A stretch of DNA of 64,000 bases, from contig NW_024704745.1 in the NCBI RefSeq assembly GCF_018977255.1, positions 39,184,001 to 39,248,000 on the forward strand. Direction: 5' to 3'. Positions 1-12,543 of the stretch are shown piece after piece. The notes below the pieces were generated by a model. That model saw only the letters and a list, made by a program, of their open reading frames with translations. It was not told the origin of the DNA and did no database searches. The DNA is from Callorhinchus milii. Lineage: Eukaryota. Numbering within the stretch: position 1 is the first letter of the stretch; each line of letters starts with the position of its first letter. The position numbers and the translations under genes were made by a program.

Positions 1-352
1 CGGTCCTGATACTCTAATGCAATGCTGGGGATGTACTGCATTGCTGGAGATGCCATGATTTATATGAGATGTTAAACTAAGGTCCCATCTGCCTGTTCAG
101 GTAAACATTAAAGATTAAAGATTAAGCATTAAAGATCCCATGGTACTATTCAAAAAGAGACCCTCTTCTGGGGTCCTGCCCAACAATCCCCAACAATCGC
201 AGATGTTTGTGGAACATTGTTGCTATGGGCAAATTGACTGTTGAGTTCTTCTACAGAATATGCAGTCACCACACTTGACAATAAATTCTGTGAAGTGCTT
301 TGAGACATCCTTGTTACGTTAAAGAGGCTAAATCAAATGCAAATGATTATTT
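1..352 (+). mobile_element. Old DeuSINE (SacSINE1-like), 5' end outside the window
   Basis: Deu-domain string GAGATGTTAAACTAAGGTCCCATCTGCCTGTTCAGG...AAAGATCCCATGGTACTATT, followed by the L2-type tail TGTGAAGTGCTTTGAGAC...AAATGCAAATGATTATT. Confidence 0.85.
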
Positions 353-2071
353 TTATTTATTATGAAATTAAAAATCATTCCTTTCTCTTATCCAGTTCTT
401 TTCTTTACAAATGCTAAGTTCAGCATGGATCTTCTGAAATCATATTTGAAGGGTTTTGTTTGCTGGTAAACTGACTTGTTAGCAAGAATTGCTTTCACTT
501 GTTTGCACCTATTTGAATTGCCCTTTATTCATGTAATGCTAAAGGCAACTGATTGCATACAAACAATTCACTGGCAATGCAAAATGAACCAGGCAAACGC
601 TGACTAGCAGAACGAACAATAACATTCATTTGGAATATTATTCTGATGGTGCCTACTTTCCCTGTGTCAAGCAACATGAATCGGACTAATATATTACATA
701 GAGTACTGCCTTGCTGATAGTTCAACAGGAATTGATGCTGCAGAGCAGGTCCAAAGTTTACCGCAGCTGCCTCAGAAAGGCAGCATCGAAAAAATGACAA
801 AGCTGATATTTCAGAGTACGTGATGTCGACTCCTCTCTCAAACAAAAATAATAGTTGCGATAAATATAGAATTGCTTTCCCGATGCGTTTACTTTATTAC
901 CATTAACTGTATCTTGTCCGCAAAAAATAAATACAGTAGCAAAATTAATTCCAGCCATACAGTAATATATCATTATCTTTAGCAACATACATATTTTAGC
1001 TGTTTAAAGAGGATGCTCCAGTGCTATGAATAATTATTACACTGCCACGGTATAGGGACATTTTATTTTCTTATACTTCTTGCTACCTTTGCATTAACCC
1101 TTAGGTGACTATCACATTAAATTAAATCACTGAGCTTGCATGGTATGTGAATGCCACCGTTGTACTGAGGTCCACTGCCAACAAATTGGTAGCAGTGGGT
1201 TGCAATGGATTTCTGTTGCGCAATACAAGCACTGTAATGTAAAATGCCCCAAAATGAACATATTATATCACTTTGTATTTGCAGTAGCAATTTTGATGCA
1301 CCTTATGGCAATAAAGTGAAGATGCTTGAGGGAACCATCACAAATAAATAAAATAATTCAGTGGATGATTCGATTAAATTGTTACTGGAACTGCTTGCTG
1401 AATTTTTAATGGTTTGAACAAAAGTCAGTTATTAAACTCAGCACAGACAATTGATAAATCACTTATCCTTTTTGCACGGGAATATTTTTTAAATAATTTT
1501 CCTTGTGTTCAGTGCTGATAGAATGTGAACATACGATCAAGCAAACAGACTCTCGCTCAGCTTAATATTGGCAAAAACAAATAAGGCAGAAACAGGGCAG
1601 TCAAGCTGGTCCAGGAACAATATGGATGCAAGAATAGCTTACTATCTGGATATTAAAAGTATATCTAGAAAATGGGGCCCACAAATCTATATTGTGAGAT
1701 TAACAAAGGGATATGTAAACAGCAAATCCCAAAGCATGTGGCTAATCTTTTTCAACTACAATCAGCTGTCAATCTCAGTCTTGTAAGCCAGCAAAGTGCA
1801 CTAAAAGACTAGAGAGTAGTATGATTACCTGAGTCTGCCGTCAGTATAAGATTTCTTAACATCTAGTTTAGACAGTAAGATTAACACTGCCCAAGTGTAA
1901 ATAAGACACTTTCGTTACAGCTACATTTCTCAGTTACAAAAAAACAGTTCCATTGTAGATTTGGTGCCAAGCATGTATAAAGTCCATGTTATCCTTGAAT
2001 TCCACTCCAGGCCTATAGCCAGAATAATGAAGGTCAATAGTTCCACCTAAATGATTTTACTTTCACCTATA

Positions 2072-2141
2072 TAGATGAACAACAACAACAAATTGCATAT
2101 ATATATATATATAAATGCAATGTCTTGTTGTTGTTCATCTA
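2072..2141. repeat. 70-bp inverted repeat built from two L2-type 3' tails
   Basis: TAGATGAACAACAACAA (2072-2088) is the exact reverse complement of TTGTTGTTGTTCATCTA (2125-2141). Inner arms ATTGCAT/ATGCAAT flank a (TA)n centre. Confidence 0.85.
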
Positions 2142-2226
2142 ATTTCCAGGTTTAAGAATTCTCTGGAGCCACAAGAATACAAATAATAACAAATATACAA
2201 ATATAGTTGCTGCTTATTTGGTTGAT

Positions 2227-2333
2227 GAACACAGCAGCCAAGTTGTGCATATCATTGTCCAACAAACAGTCATGAAGTGAATGATCAAATTTATCTGGGG
2301 AATGTTAACCAAAACATTAGAGAAACTCCCTTC
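2227..2333 (-). mobile_element. DeuSINE internal fragment
   Basis: GCAGCCAAGTTGTGCA...CAAACAGTCATGAAGTGAATGATCAAATTTATCTGGGG matches the other copies in reverse orientation. Confidence 0.6.
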
Positions 2334-3339
2334 AAACCAAATTTCATCTTCTTCTTTCTGCCTTCGAGACCCTAATCTCTCATTGTGGACTCTTTAAATA
2401 TACAAAATAATATATTGCAGCTTTGCTTTTCTACTCCCATTTGGATCCCAAAAACGTCATTTAGAACAATCCAATGCCAATCTTCAACTCCAGGCCCAGG
2501 TTGGGGATTTGTATATGTGTGAAATACATGAGATTATTGTATTACAAATGTGCTTACACCACCTTGTGTTAATCTATCATACATGTAACTTGATGGCATG
2601 TTTTGGCTCTTTCCTGATGGTTGTTGATACTGGTATTAAGTAGTCAGGAGTGTAGTCTGGCAGTGAAGTAAGGCGGGGGAACTAATGGCAAAGGAGGCAG
2701 TGTGGGAAATCAATTGAGAGATTTATAGATTCCTGGGGAGTTAGAACAAATGCAACTTTTTGGTTGTGGTTGTGCTTGCGATGGCAGGATTGCACAGGCT
2801 TCCCTTATCCTAATTACTCCTTGATGAAATAACTCCACTGATGGTATCTGCCAGCATTGGCTCCTGTGCTGAATATGTTTACTTCCACAGTTGACATTCA
2901 ACATGCTCACTTACACTGTTTGAGCAGAGACAGTCTGTAACTCTAATTTAAGGCTAGGTATGATTACCATTTTGCTGCTCATAAATATTAATTCACAACA
3001 ATACAGGCCAACTCATTACGTCAGACCTTGATGCAGTGCAGAACCTCCTATGGTATGGGTATTCTGTGGAATAAAGGTACACTGGCAGTGCAGTACACCT
3101 GTAGGTTTCTGCACTAACTGGCCAGTTTCTTGTGCATATGCAGAGGTGCAGAAGCCCCATCCCCTCCGGTGCAGTGATTCAGGAATTTTGCAGTTGTCTC
3201 AAGGGCTGCATTAATGTGGGAATATAGGTAATGTGAATTCAATAAAGACACATGTCTCACTCATCAGTTTGCACCGAGCACAGTAATGGTGCTAAAATGC
3301 TTTGCTGTATTCGAGCAAGCACATTATCAGGAGCACTGT

Positions 3340-3552
3340 GACAGAAAACCATAGATGTGAAATTGGTGAAATGTGAAAGATTTAAGAGGTAGATGGATAG
3401 ACTCTTATTGAATAAAACTATTAAAGGATATAGTAGGAAGGCATTATGAGGGTAGGTTGTGGTATGTAAACTATGGAATGGCCTGTGGCGGAGTGGTCTT
3501 AATGGGCCGAATGTCCTTCTTCTATTTCTAATTTCTTAAGATCCCATGTTCC
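3340..3552 (+). mobile_element. Old CR1 LINE 3' end remnant
   Basis: TTTAAGAGGTAGATGGATAG...ATGGGCCGAATGTCCTTCTTCT, the same 3' UTR motif as the CR1 at 9290. Confidence 0.6.
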
Positions 3553-3716
3553 TTTGTTTCAATATTATTTGCATAAATTAAATATTGCTTGTTGCAATTC
3601 ACCTAGCCAGGCACGTCAACTTTGGGGCCACCTGAGCCACAAAGAGAAATGATGCAAGCTTTTTCATTCTTTGCAATTCATAACTTCCAAGAGGATTAAA
3701 TAGTGAAAATAAGATC

Positions 3717-4172
3717 CAACATCAACAAGTTACATTTGTATAGCACCTTTAGCATGTCCCAAGGCGCTGGATAGTCAGTGTTATGGACCCGAGCTGGGGG
3801 TCGGGATCGGGGAGGGTGGAGGGCAGGGGGCGAAGTAGAGTGATTGAAAGCACGGTCAAAGAGGAGGGTCTTGAGATGGGTTTTGAAGGAGGCAAGGGAA
3901 GGGCTGAGGTGGAGGGACTGGAGTTCCAGAGGGTGGGAGCAGAGTGGCTGAACGTCCACCCACCAACTGTGGGGCAGGCTAGGCGGAGGATGTGAAACAA
4001 GCCGGAGCCCGTTGAGGGGGTTAGGAGGGCACAGAGGTAGTGGGGAGCAAGGCCATGGAGGGCTATGAAGGTGAGGAATAGGATCTTGATCTGTATCCTT
4101 TCTGTGATGGGAAGCCAGTGCAGTCAGACAAAGATGGGGGTGAATAGGGTCACGGAGTTTGGTGAGGGTTTT
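3717..4172 (-). mobile_element. L2 LINE 3' fragment
   Basis: Minus-strand ORF2 C-terminus (FSHSAPTLWNS; SLASFKTHLKTLLFDRAF) and an (AAC)n-type tail after TATACAAATGTAA. Confidence 0.9.
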
Positions 4173-4524
4173 GAAATGAAACAAATTTTAAATGCACAAG
4201 ATTCCATGGCTCATCTTGCAATCCTCTAACACTGCTTGCTCCATAATATAGTGATGCAACAGGAAACTAGTTTTATTATATAAATACAGTATATCATTTA
4301 GACTGCAGCATAAATAGTTATGTCCAGCAAGTGTAGCACTGACACAATCTTCACAAGCAAAGTCAAGTTTATAAAGTTTACTCTCATCTATCAAAGAATG
4401 ACAGCTAGAAATTTTTACCTGGACTTAGCCTGTAAGAGATTTTTCTCTTAAAATTTAAGATTGTACAGAATTGCTGAAAATTCTTCGATTCTGTCTTAAA
4501 TTGTGGGTCTGTGCTGGAGGTGGG

Positions 4525-4692
4525 ATCCATATTAGCTTTTAAGAGAGAAGGCAATAAACATCTGAAAGGAGAACTATACAATGTTTAGGGAAAAGTCAAG
4601 ACAATGGGTCTAAATGGAGACATCTTTCAGAGAGCTGGCACATACACAATGGGTCGAATGGCCTCCTCCTGTGCTGCAAATTTCTATGGTTC
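4525..4692 (+). mobile_element. Old CR1 LINE 3' end remnant
   Basis: AGAGCTGGCACATACACAATGGGTCGAATGGCCTCCTCCTGTGCTG...TTCTATGGTTCTA. Confidence 0.7.
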
Positions 4693-5551
4693 TACCATTC
4701 AGATTCAAACAAACAAAAACAATTTTAAAATCATTATTCTTAACAGATATTGTTCTTCAGAAACACTTACACTTCTTCTGTTGAGCAATAATACATTACA
4801 TCATTTAAATTTTAATAAGGCATGCATGATAATTTTCTTAGGAGATCAATAATATATGAATCCTTAAGATCTGAAAGACTCTTCCAGCTTTCAAAGCATG
4901 CACGTTTTTCATTGAGGAGCCTTTCGCAAATACAAAACAAAGATATGTGCAGAACTATTGTGCATTTCTTAATGTGTCGCATTCTTAGAATAAACTGGAC
5001 AGAATATTATTGGTCTGTGAGTTTTAATGTTTAAATGCTAATGTCGTGCTAGAAGAATATTATGTAACTGCTTGTCTGAAGCTGATTTTCTGCTTTGCAC
5101 CTGCTTTGGTTATTGCATTTCTGATAAACATCAAAGGAAAATCCATCTATAGGCAGCAAATCTATGTTCTAATATTACAATTCAGTAGCAATTCTTGTTA
5201 AAATTACTTCCTTGGCTTCCTCAGCATTTCATAACTGTTAGAACTCAGTCATGCTTTGACTTTGGTTTGCAGCATGAATATCGAATCGTGTGGGTTTGAG
5301 AACTGAGAGGCAACATTGCCAGCACCATCAGCAGTTCTCACCTGGAATAAACCCAGCACAATCAATTAATAGAAAATCTATCAATGGGAAAAGGTCCAGA
5401 AAAAAATTCAATGATCATAATCCTGTTTTTTTTACTTAATCGGAGGCATTACGGGACATCACTAAAACTATTTGCAGCTTTTTTTATAAAGTGCAGTAAG
5501 TTTAGTTGATCCAAAATGAAATATTGTTTTAAAGACTGCTAACACATTTAT

Positions 5552-5842
5552 AATAATAATCCTTTCATTCGATAGAGCGCTTTTCACGTCTTTTAGACGT
5601 CTCAAAGCGCTTCACAACAATATACTGTAAAATGAATTGAGTGTATATTTGAGGGGAAAATGCAGCAGCAGTGCCCCACAAACAGTCGTGAATTGAAGTG
5701 ACCAATTTTATTATTGTTTTTTTCTTGAGTAATTATTATCAGGCGTGCAGAGTAAGGAAACATGCCTATGGTTTTGCTGGGCATTGAACCCAGGTCTCTC
5801 GCTTACTTACTCAAGTGTTCTAACCACTGAGCTACAGGTCTC
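5552..5842 (-). mobile_element. Young composite tRNA SINE, short subfamily, full length
   Basis: Pol III A/B boxes, shared body, (ATT)n tail; 7-bp TSD CATTTAT at 5545-5551 and 5843-5849. Confidence 0.95.
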
Positions 5843-5877
5843 CATTTATGGGGGTGAGATTGCCAATCCATGTAATA

Positions 5878-6224
5878 CAGTGCAACCCTATTATGACATG
5901 CTTCACTATAGCACTATAGCACCTCTTCAGTGCTCAAGTGTACAGCCGACCCGCTCGTTTCTTATGTGTAGGCCAACTTTTCGTGCCAAAATGGCCAACT
6001 TCTGTATTATTAGATTGTTGTCAACCTCACTTCCTGCTTTGCCCTTATGCCCAAATATCAACTATTTTAGTTTGCCATGGTAAAAAAAAGTGATGTTATG
6101 GTGAACCAATAATGCAGAATATGACCAGCACATTACCTGCACACAGCAGGTTTTCAGCATGTACAGTGAAAAACGTTATTATTTTATGGATTCCCAAGCA
6201 CTGTGTCATCACAAGATTGCACTT
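5878..6224. mobile_element. pogo/Tigger-like non-autonomous DNA transposon (MITE)
   Basis: TA|CAGTGCAACCCTATTATGACA at the left; imperfect inverted copy TGTCATCACAAGATTGCACTT at the right; no transposase. Confidence 0.65.
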
Positions 6225-7989
6225 CATCTATCACAGCAAATGGCCAAGAACAATCCTTCTCAAAGCTATCCCATTGATAAAGTTGAAGAAGCCAAGACTT
6301 CCAGCTCAGAGATCTTGTCTTGTGGCTACCGATTAGTGGGTGCCTAGGGTTTTAATAAACAATAACCTCAAGAAGCAGGTATCATGATAACCAACAATCA
6401 AACCTAACAATCAAACCTGAAATCCATAAGTTGGAAGTAGACCTTAAATCTGACTCCTTTACATATTGCCACCCTTTCCATTGCCTGTACATGCACACAT
6501 TGCAGCTCATGGAGTAAGTGGACCAAAATAAAATGCTCATCATCGTGTTTTGTCTCTCATTACATGAAAGCTCTTTCATGGCTCATAGAACCCTCAATTG
6601 TGCACCCAATCCCCGTGAGGAATAAAGGAACACTGATCTGAAAGAAAATGTGGATTGGGATAGGAATCCTTTGATAAAAAGGCAATGCTAGAAATGCATT
6701 TATCTACATAAAGGAGCACACACGAATGAACCTGAGAAAGTGTGGAATGATAAATGGCCATTGTAATAATTTTCTCCTTTCACAGATGATGTGCAGTCTA
6801 CTCTGTAACAGTCTCTACCTCATTTATTTAATCACCTGAGCAAAACATAAATATGGACCCAACAGTTATCATGCAAGACTTCACAATATTCATCCAACCT
6901 ACACTCTTCTTTTGTGCATGCTCATTGCAATTTACATAACCCTACTATTCCAACATTTAATACTTCACTATATCAAGGGCTCTTCAGCTTTGAAAATATT
7001 TGGGATCTTATGAAAGCATAAAAATATGTTAACTGGTGCAGAGACAAAAACATAACAATATTTTCAGATACACATATACAGCAAAACAAGTGGTCGCAAG
7101 TTCAGGGTTGTGATGGGCAATTTTAGGACAGACACCTGATTATCTGGAAATGGAGTGGAAAATGCATCAATTGATTCAGTGTTATCATTGCAATGTTGGA
7201 ATTTCTACCCCTGTCAATGATTAGCACACCCCCTCCAATTTTGTCAAAATGGTTTTGCTTACAGATACTTGCAGTAGACATTGAACATGTCACATTTCAA
7301 AGCATTTCAGGGTTGGTTTGAAAAATATCACCTTAACACATCAGAAGTTGAGTTATGATATTTTTTGTGAATCAACATTGAATTGCTCCATTCGGCAGAC
7401 TGAATTGTACTGAAGTCCGTCTCAATGGTCACCCAAATGCAACATTCGGCCAAACCATGTTGACAAAGCCAGAGGGGAGGGTGGATGTAGGTAGGGGAGG
7501 GTGGTTGTGAGTCGGGGAGGAGGGGGACTTGACCGGTTAATGACTAGGAATTTGACAGGTACATTTTTACTCCATACTTTTTCACCCAGACTAATAGCCA
7601 GAATGGTTTCACGTAGGATAATGAAAGTCAGTACAAACAAATTATTACTAAACAGCTTGATGTTCCAAAGGAAGACAGAAATATTCTGGAAGTTTGAGAT
7701 CAAAACCTAGATGGATAGAGGTAAACAGACACTGGAGGTAAATCACACTGAAGCCTGATATCAAGACCATCATGAAAAGAGGTTTCTTTTCAGCATGATT
7801 TTGCACTGCAGAAGTGTAGATGCAAACAAATCTTAAATGGCCTTTAGAAATTAATACCTTACGAAGCATGTGGTCTCATCTATGTGTAAATCTTTGTGCT
7901 CTCAATAATAATTTATTATTAACACCTTACGAAGCATGTGCTCTCATCTATGTGCCTCCATTCATTGCAATTCATAGCAAGATTCAAAT

Positions 7990-9342
7990 TCAAAGATATG
8001 ATAGCTCAAGGTCTAAATAGATATATTCCCACAAAAGGGAAATGTGCGACAACCAAGCCAGCCTGGATGACCAGGGATATTCTGTCTAGGATGAAAAAGA
8101 AGAAGACGGCGTACGACAATTGGAAGACGCAAGATACTGAGGATAGCAAAGTGCATTATAGAGAATGCAGGAGTGATCTTAAAAGAGTGATAAGACAGGC
8201 TAAAAGATCGCATGAGAAGAGGTTAGCGGGTAACATAAAGGGGAATCCTAAAATATTTTACAAGCACATAAAGGAAAAAAGGTTAGTTAAAGGTAGGGTG
8301 GGGCCAATCAAAGACAATGACGGCCATCTTGTTGTGGAGGCAGAGGGCATGGCTAATGTACTGAACGAGTACTTTGCATCTGTCTTCACAGCGGAAATGG
8401 ATGCCCCAAATGCTGCTGGATGACAGGGTAGAGGAAATAGATCAGATTACTATAGACAGAGAGGAAGTTCTGAAAAGATTGACTGGGCTCAAAATTGATA
8501 AGTCACCAGGACCAGATGGGTTTCACCCAAGGTTGCTGTGGGAGATACGGGTTCAAATAGCGGAGGCTTTGGCCATTATATTTCAATCTTCATTGGACAC
8601 AAGAGTGGTGCCAAGAGACTGGAGAGTGGCTAATGTTACCTCCCTCTACAGAAAGGGGCAGAAAGAAAAACCCGGAAATTACAGGCCAGTCAGCCTAACT
8701 GCGGTAATAGGAAAACTACTGGAGACCATAATCTGGGACAGAATAAACCTCTACTTGAAGGAACATGAGGTAATTAGAGACAGCCAACATGGATTTGTTA
8801 AAGGCAAATCTTGCCTAACAAATCTAATAGAATTTTTTGAAGAGGTGACTGCGAGGGTTGATGAGGGAAATGCAGTGGACGTTATTTACATGGATTTCAA
8901 AAAGGCTTTTGACACAGTACCGCATAAGAGATTAATAAAAAAAATTAGAGGTCCACGGTATTAAGAGGACAGTGCAGTTTGGATTAGAGGAACTAGCTGA
9001 GTGACAGAAAGCAGAGGGTGGTGGTTAATGGGTGTTTCTTGAAATGGAAGGAGGTGAGCAGCGGTGTCCCCCAGGGATCGGTGTTGGGACCACTGCTCTT
9101 TCTAATATATATTAATGATCTGGACTTGGGCATAGAGAGCACTATTTCCAAGTTTGCAGATGATACAAAGTTAGGTAGGGTAGTAACTAGTGAGGAGGAC
9201 TGTAACCAACTGCAAGCAGACATACAGAAAGCTGGTGATTGGGGTTAGTGAAAGTGACTTGCTCTGTCAAAGAGCCGGCACAGACTCGATGGGCCGAATG
9301 GCCTCCTTCTGTGCCATAACAGTCTATGAATCTATGAATCTA
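7990..9342 (+). mobile_element. CR1 LINE: 5'-truncated, frameshifted ORF2 (RT) with an internal 3' deletion
   Basis: [39 protein letters not shown] and KFADDTKL across three frames; 3' UTR GATGGGCCGAATGGCCTCCTTCTG; (TCTATGAA)n tail. Confidence 0.97.
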
Positions 9343-9423
9343 AAAAAAATACCCTCATGAATAACACATTGATCAGCCTTCTTTAATTACTACATTTAAC
9401 CCACAGAAATTTAAGCTGTGATT

Positions 9424-10370
9424 CCACCCTCAACCCCAGGACTACTGGTGTCCTGACCGACTGTCTGTCCGACATCAAGTCCTGGACGAGGGACAACTTT
9501 CTCCAACTCAACGTCAGCAAGACCGAAGCTCTCCTGATTGGCTCACGCCAACGCCTCCGTACCTCGGGCGCTGGCAGCATCAGCCTCCACGGCTGCTCAC
9601 TCAACCTCACTAAACCAGTCAGGAACCTGGGTGTCTAGTTTGATCCTGAATTGCCCTTTCTCCCCCACATCCACGCCATGACCAGCACTGTCTACCACCA
9701 CCTCCGCAACATTGCCAGACTCCACCACTGCCTCACCCCTCAGGCTGCCAAAACCCTCACCAACGCATTCGTCACATCAAGGCTCGATTATGGAAATTCC
9801 CTCCTCATCAGCCTTCCCAACTCTTCCCTTCACAAGCTGCAGATCATCCAAAACACCATAGCTCGTGTACTCTCGTGCACCAGGCTCTGTGACCCCATCA
9901 CTCCCACCCTCGCCTGACTCCACTGGTTCCCCATCCATCAGAGGATCGAATTCAAGATCCTCATCCTCACTTTCAAGGCCATCCATGGACTTGCCCCCTC
10001 TTACTTCTCTGACCTGCTGACTCCCTACCAACTTGCCCACTCCCCCGTTCAGCGGGCTCCAGTCTGCTCTATGTCTTCCTCCCGACCTGCCTTACCATCG
10101 GTGCCAAGCTTTCAGCCTCTCTGCCCCCACATTCTGGAACTCCATCCCATAGTCCCTTTGCCTCACTTCCTCCCTTGCCTCCTTCAAGGCCAGTCTCAAG
10201 ACCCTTCTCTTCGATCGTGCCTTCAGTTGCCCTCCCACCACTCTGCCTTCCCTCATCCCTACCCCACCTCTCCCCATGCTCGGGTCCCAACCCCTGACTG
10301 TCCAACTCTTTGGAATGTCCTCCCGACATGAAAGGCACTCTATATATATAATTTTGTTGTTGTTGTTGTT
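9424..10370 (+). mobile_element. Young L2 LINE, 3' ~950 bp
   Basis: ORF2 C-terminus (HLRNIARL, AFVTSRLDYGNSLL, KLQIIQN), (GTT)n tail, possible TSD TTCCA at 9422-9426 and 10369-10373. Confidence 0.95.
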
Positions 10371-10469
10371 CCAGCACAGGCAGCTCACAGGGATTTTATC
10401 CTAGCGAACTGAGCTGGATCTGGTGTACACCACTGAGGAAGGGGAAGTGCCAAGAGCCGTTCTGCCTTC

Positions 10470-10673
10470 CCCTCGCCACAAGATTGCCTGGCTCCACCAT
10501 GCCTGTCCCCTCAGGCTGCCGAGACTGTTCCAATGCATTTATCACATCCAAGTTCGATTACGTTAACTCTCTGGTTGTTAGTCTGACCAACTATGCTTTC
10601 CACAAGCTGCAGATTATTCAGAACTCCTCCCGACGTGAAAGGCGCTATACAAATGTAATTTGCTGTTGTTGTT
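10470..10673 (+). mobile_element. Internally deleted L2 fragment
   Basis: NAFITSKFDYVNSL..KLQIIQNS joined directly to the tail CTCCCGACGTGAAAGGCGCTATACAAATGTAA(TTG)n. Confidence 0.85.
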
Positions 10674-10708
10674 GACTCTAAGATATATTCTTTGTTCCAT
10701 CCTTTTCT

Positions 10709-10870
10709 CACTCAATCCACGACTTATGGGAGACTGCTGTGCACAACTGGCTGCTGTGTTTCGCCTACAAAATACACGTTACAATATTTTCTGTGAAGTG
10801 CTTTGAGATGTTTCAAGGATGTGATAAAGCACTCTACCAAATGCAAGGATTATTATTCATTATTATTATT
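10709..10870 (+). mobile_element. SINE 3' half (Deu part and tail)
   Basis: CAATCCACGAC...GCTGTGCACAACTGGCTGC...AAATGCAAGGATTATTATT. Confidence 0.85.
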
Positions 10871-12543
10871 CTTTAGATGCATGATCAAGATTCACATAGG
10901 TCACAGTATTTACTTCTCCAACCCACCCAGGCAACAACTTAACATCTTTCTATTTAACTTATAAATTAATAACATGCTGTTTGTTTTATGATTCCTTCAA
11001 CCCACTTTGCATTTACTGCACTGCGTATGCCAAAAACTGCATGATTTTGTATAAGTGATAACAAATTTTACTTTTTAATCAAAAAATGTGGTCAATCCAG
11101 TTGAAAATGTCAATAGGCTGTGCCCCCTTCAGCCCTCTCTCAAATGATATGAGGGTTCAGTGCCAAAGCTGTGTAAAGATATTTGCTGCTGCCATTTGAA
11201 TGCCACTTCTTAGGAGACTGGCTTAACTAAATACGAGTTCAACCATGCAATTTTCACAGAATCGGCACATTTTCAACCCCGATCTGAAAAGTATAATTTA
11301 GGTCTTATTTCATATCACTACCAAAACCATTAATTGATGCCAATCTTTGCAAACAAATCAGTGCAGCAAGCAATCAGTTATCTTATTCAAAAATCAATGT
11401 GTTCAGACACCGATCAATATAGATTTAATTAAACTAATAATGTGTGAAATGTGGTTCAATTTATATGTAGATCCTGTGCATCATGACATCCTAAAGTGTA
11501 TGAAAGGGGAGAAAATATTTCTATGTATTTCATAGTAAGTTTGATGTAATAACTTTGTGCTGAAATGCCACATTTTTCACCCAACAACAAAAATGTGATT
11601 TCATTTTTTGAAAAGCAGTAACTGATCTGAGCTCAGTGCATAAGACTCTGCAGTACCCTCGGGTGGTAGGTTACTAACATTACACCTTCAGAATGGTCAT
11701 TCAGGGATTTTCAAAAATTGTTTATTATTTTCATAAAAGATCATTCAAACCTTTTATTCCTTTTAATAAACAGAATTTGGTTAAGAACATTTTTTACATT
11801 TTATAAGACTAGATATGACCTTTTTACACTATTGTAATCTTTGGTGATGAATTTTCCCTCAAATGTACTATTCAAATATAAGATACCAGCTTAACCTTGT
11901 GCTTAACAGCTTGTGCTGATAATAGCAGGAAGTAGAAGGTATGTGGTAATTCTTATGGCTGAGGTTACAAATAAATGGGCAAAAAGACAACAAAGATCAA
12001 AATCAAGAAACATGAAAAAGCATATAAAGACGTTGATTTCACATTGTAGAGATGATTTGGTGGCATTTCAAAAAATATTCAATGTCATTATTATCAAATG
12101 TTGTATCCCTTCTGTACAGCAGAATTATTGTATTGATAACAAACTTATTCAAACTTCATAGTACATGAATATTGGCATTAGAACAATTAGTCTTGAAATT
12201 TATATCAGAAAGGCTCTCGGTGTTATTTGTAATGTTGAATTTAGTGGACATTGTGCCTGCGCAAGGATAAAAGTTTGAGGGTAAATGGAAATATGTCAAT
12301 TATAAATATTGGGCAGTTCTCGGAGTCTGATAGCACAAACAATGTAACCATTAACCTGTCACCTGTCTGAAGAAAGGTTGAATCCACTCTAGGTAGGTTC
12401 TAATGGGTGTTAATAGTCCAAAGTAAAAAGGGTTAGGACTATCTGGTTTGCAGTGAATTAATTTCCTCCAAACTCACATAATTGGGTATTACGCTGTACT
12501 GGAGGCCACATGATGGTTTGAAAGCTAAATATGTCATATTGAT

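Noticed and set aside
525-988. 106-aa and 76-aa minus-strand ORFs, and a plus-strand exon-like stretch
   Set aside because: No recognisable domain and weak splice signals. Retained CpGs hint at constraint but do not show coding.
1155-1212. Imperfect palindrome CCACTGCCAACA/TGGTAGCAGTGG (similar weak inverted pair at 11100-11277)
   Set aside because: It is too short and degenerate to assign. It may be the centre of an ancient palindromic DNA element.
7473-7527. G-rich tract, a potential G-quadruplex
   Set aside because: It is a low-complexity purine run with irregular loops and no promoter context.
7938-9248. Reverse-transcriptase ORFs as a functional gene or a retron/DGR-like system
   Set aside because: The motifs and 3' tail are ordinary CR1 ORF2, broken by frameshifts and a deletion. 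There are no accessory genes, and the context is eukaryotic.
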